A DNA stretch of 64,000 nt from Leucoraja erinacea. Its lineage: Eukaryota. Below are positions 62,822 to 64,000 of the stretch, one piece after another; the stretch's first letter is position 1; each line of letters opens with the position of its first letter. The notes under the pieces are model-generated. The model worked only from the letters and a program-made list of their open reading frames with translations. It was not told the DNA's origin and made no database searches. The translations under genes were made by a program, and so were the position numbers. The DNA is taken from contig NC_073391.1 in the NCBI RefSeq assembly GCF_028641065.1, positions 44,764,001-44,828,000 of the forward strand, written 5' to 3'.

Positions 62822-62950
62822 AAGTCTGAAGAAGGGTTTCGGCCCGAATCGTTACCTATTTCCTTCGCTCCATAGATGCTGCTGCACCCGCTGAGTGTCT
62901 ACAGCATTTTTGTGTACCTTCGATTTTTCAGCATCTGCAGTTCCTTCCTG
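62822..62950 (+). mobile_element. PLE terminal-repeat fragment
   Basis: CTGAAGAAGGGTTTCGGCCCGAATCGTTACC followed by GATGCTGCTGCACCCGCTGAGT. Confidence 0.7.
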
Positions 62951-63079
62951 AATAATTTAAGGAAAGTTTCGTTTCCGGTCTAACACTGGGAATCTCACAA
63001 TAATAACAGAAGAATTTGAATTCATCATCTAAATACGACCGGATGTTGTTTTAAAGTAAACTTTACTAGAATGTAAATA

Positions 63080-63868
63080 GACAATAGACAATAGGCGCAG
63101 GAGTAGGCCATTCGATCCTTCGAGTCAGCACCGCTATTCACTGTGATCATGGCTGACCATCCACAATCAGTACCCTGTTTCTTCCCTTGACTCTGCTATC
63201 TTTAAGAGCTCTGTCTAACTCTCTCTTGAAAGCAGCCAGAGAATGGCCTCCACTCCCTTCTGAGGCAGATAATTCCACAGACTCGCAGCTCTCTGGGTGA
63301 AAAGGTTTTTCCTCATCTACGTTCTAAATTGCCTACCCGTTATTTTTAAACATTGGTCCTTGGTTCTGGACTCCCCCAAGATCGGGAACATGTTTCCTGC
63401 CTCTCGGTTGTCCAATCCCTTAATAATCTTATATGTTCCAATCAGATTTCATCGCTAGAATTTAGAAGATTGAAGGAGGATCTTATAGAAACTTACAACA
63501 TGCTTAAGGGGTTGGACAGGCTAGATGGAAGATTGTTCCCGATGTTGGGGAAGTCCAGAACAAGGGGTCACAGTTTAAGGATAAGGGGGAATCTTTTAGG
63601 ACCGAGATGAGAAAAACATTTTTCACAGAGAGAGTGGTGAATCTGTGGAATTCTCTGCCACAGAAGATAGTTGAGGCCAGTTCATTGGCTATATTTAAGA
63701 GGGAGTTAGATGTGGCCCTTGTGGCTAAAGGGATCAGGGGGTATGGACAGAAGGCAGGTACGGGATACTGAGTTGGATGATCAGCCATGATCATATTGAA
63801 TGGCGGTGCAGGCTCGAAGGGCCGAATGGCCTACTCCTGCACCTAATTTCTATGTTTCTATGTGTCTA
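63080..63868. mobile_element. Two CR1 3' fragments in opposite orientation (63080-63445 -, 63446-63868 +)
   Basis: Two different tails; RT C-terminus. Confidence 0.85.
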
Positions 63869-64000
63869 AGAAATTCTCTCATCCTTCAAGCACGAAGAAC
63901 AATATTGGACTATGGTTAACAAAAAAAGACTGCCCTGGTTCAGTCGTTCAATTCAAGAGGGCAATCTTTTGCACCCAGATGGTGGCGGGTATGTGGAAGG

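Noticed and set aside
1898-63868. Recurring ATAGAAAC / TAGGTGCAGGAGTAGGCC units as a CRISPR-like or dispersed regulatory array
   Set aside because: They are the 3' ends of CR1 LINEs, attached to RT-coding sequence, in a vertebrate genome.

Overview
Repeat-rich eukaryotic DNA from a cartilaginous fish. The IgNAR content and the CR1, Penelope and SINE landscape point to an elasmobranch, probably a skate or ray (inference). The main feature is one apparently complete, unrearranged IgNAR (heavy-chain-only antibody) cluster on the + strand at 34.1-58.8 kb. It runs octamer/TATA promoter, leader, V, D1, D2, J, C1-C5 with secretory tail, TM1 and a predicted TM2. All recombination signals (RSS), splice sites and reading phases are consistent. 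Notable points: only two D segments, no non-canonical cysteines in V/D/J, a divergent membrane anchor, and a dense B-cell-type motif cluster in the C5-TM1 intron that may be an enhancer. Upstream lie an intact exon of a GPR139/142-like orphan GPCR and a disrupted C2H2 zinc-finger relic. Most of the rest is transposon debris: many CR1 LINE fragments, Tc1 elements, tRNA-derived SINEs, Penelope-derived repeats with minimal hammerhead-like motifs, and a hAT-like element with 31-bp micro-derivatives. There are two assembly gaps (11591-11732, 37963-38117). Repeat boundaries are approximate, and all alignments and counts were done by eye.
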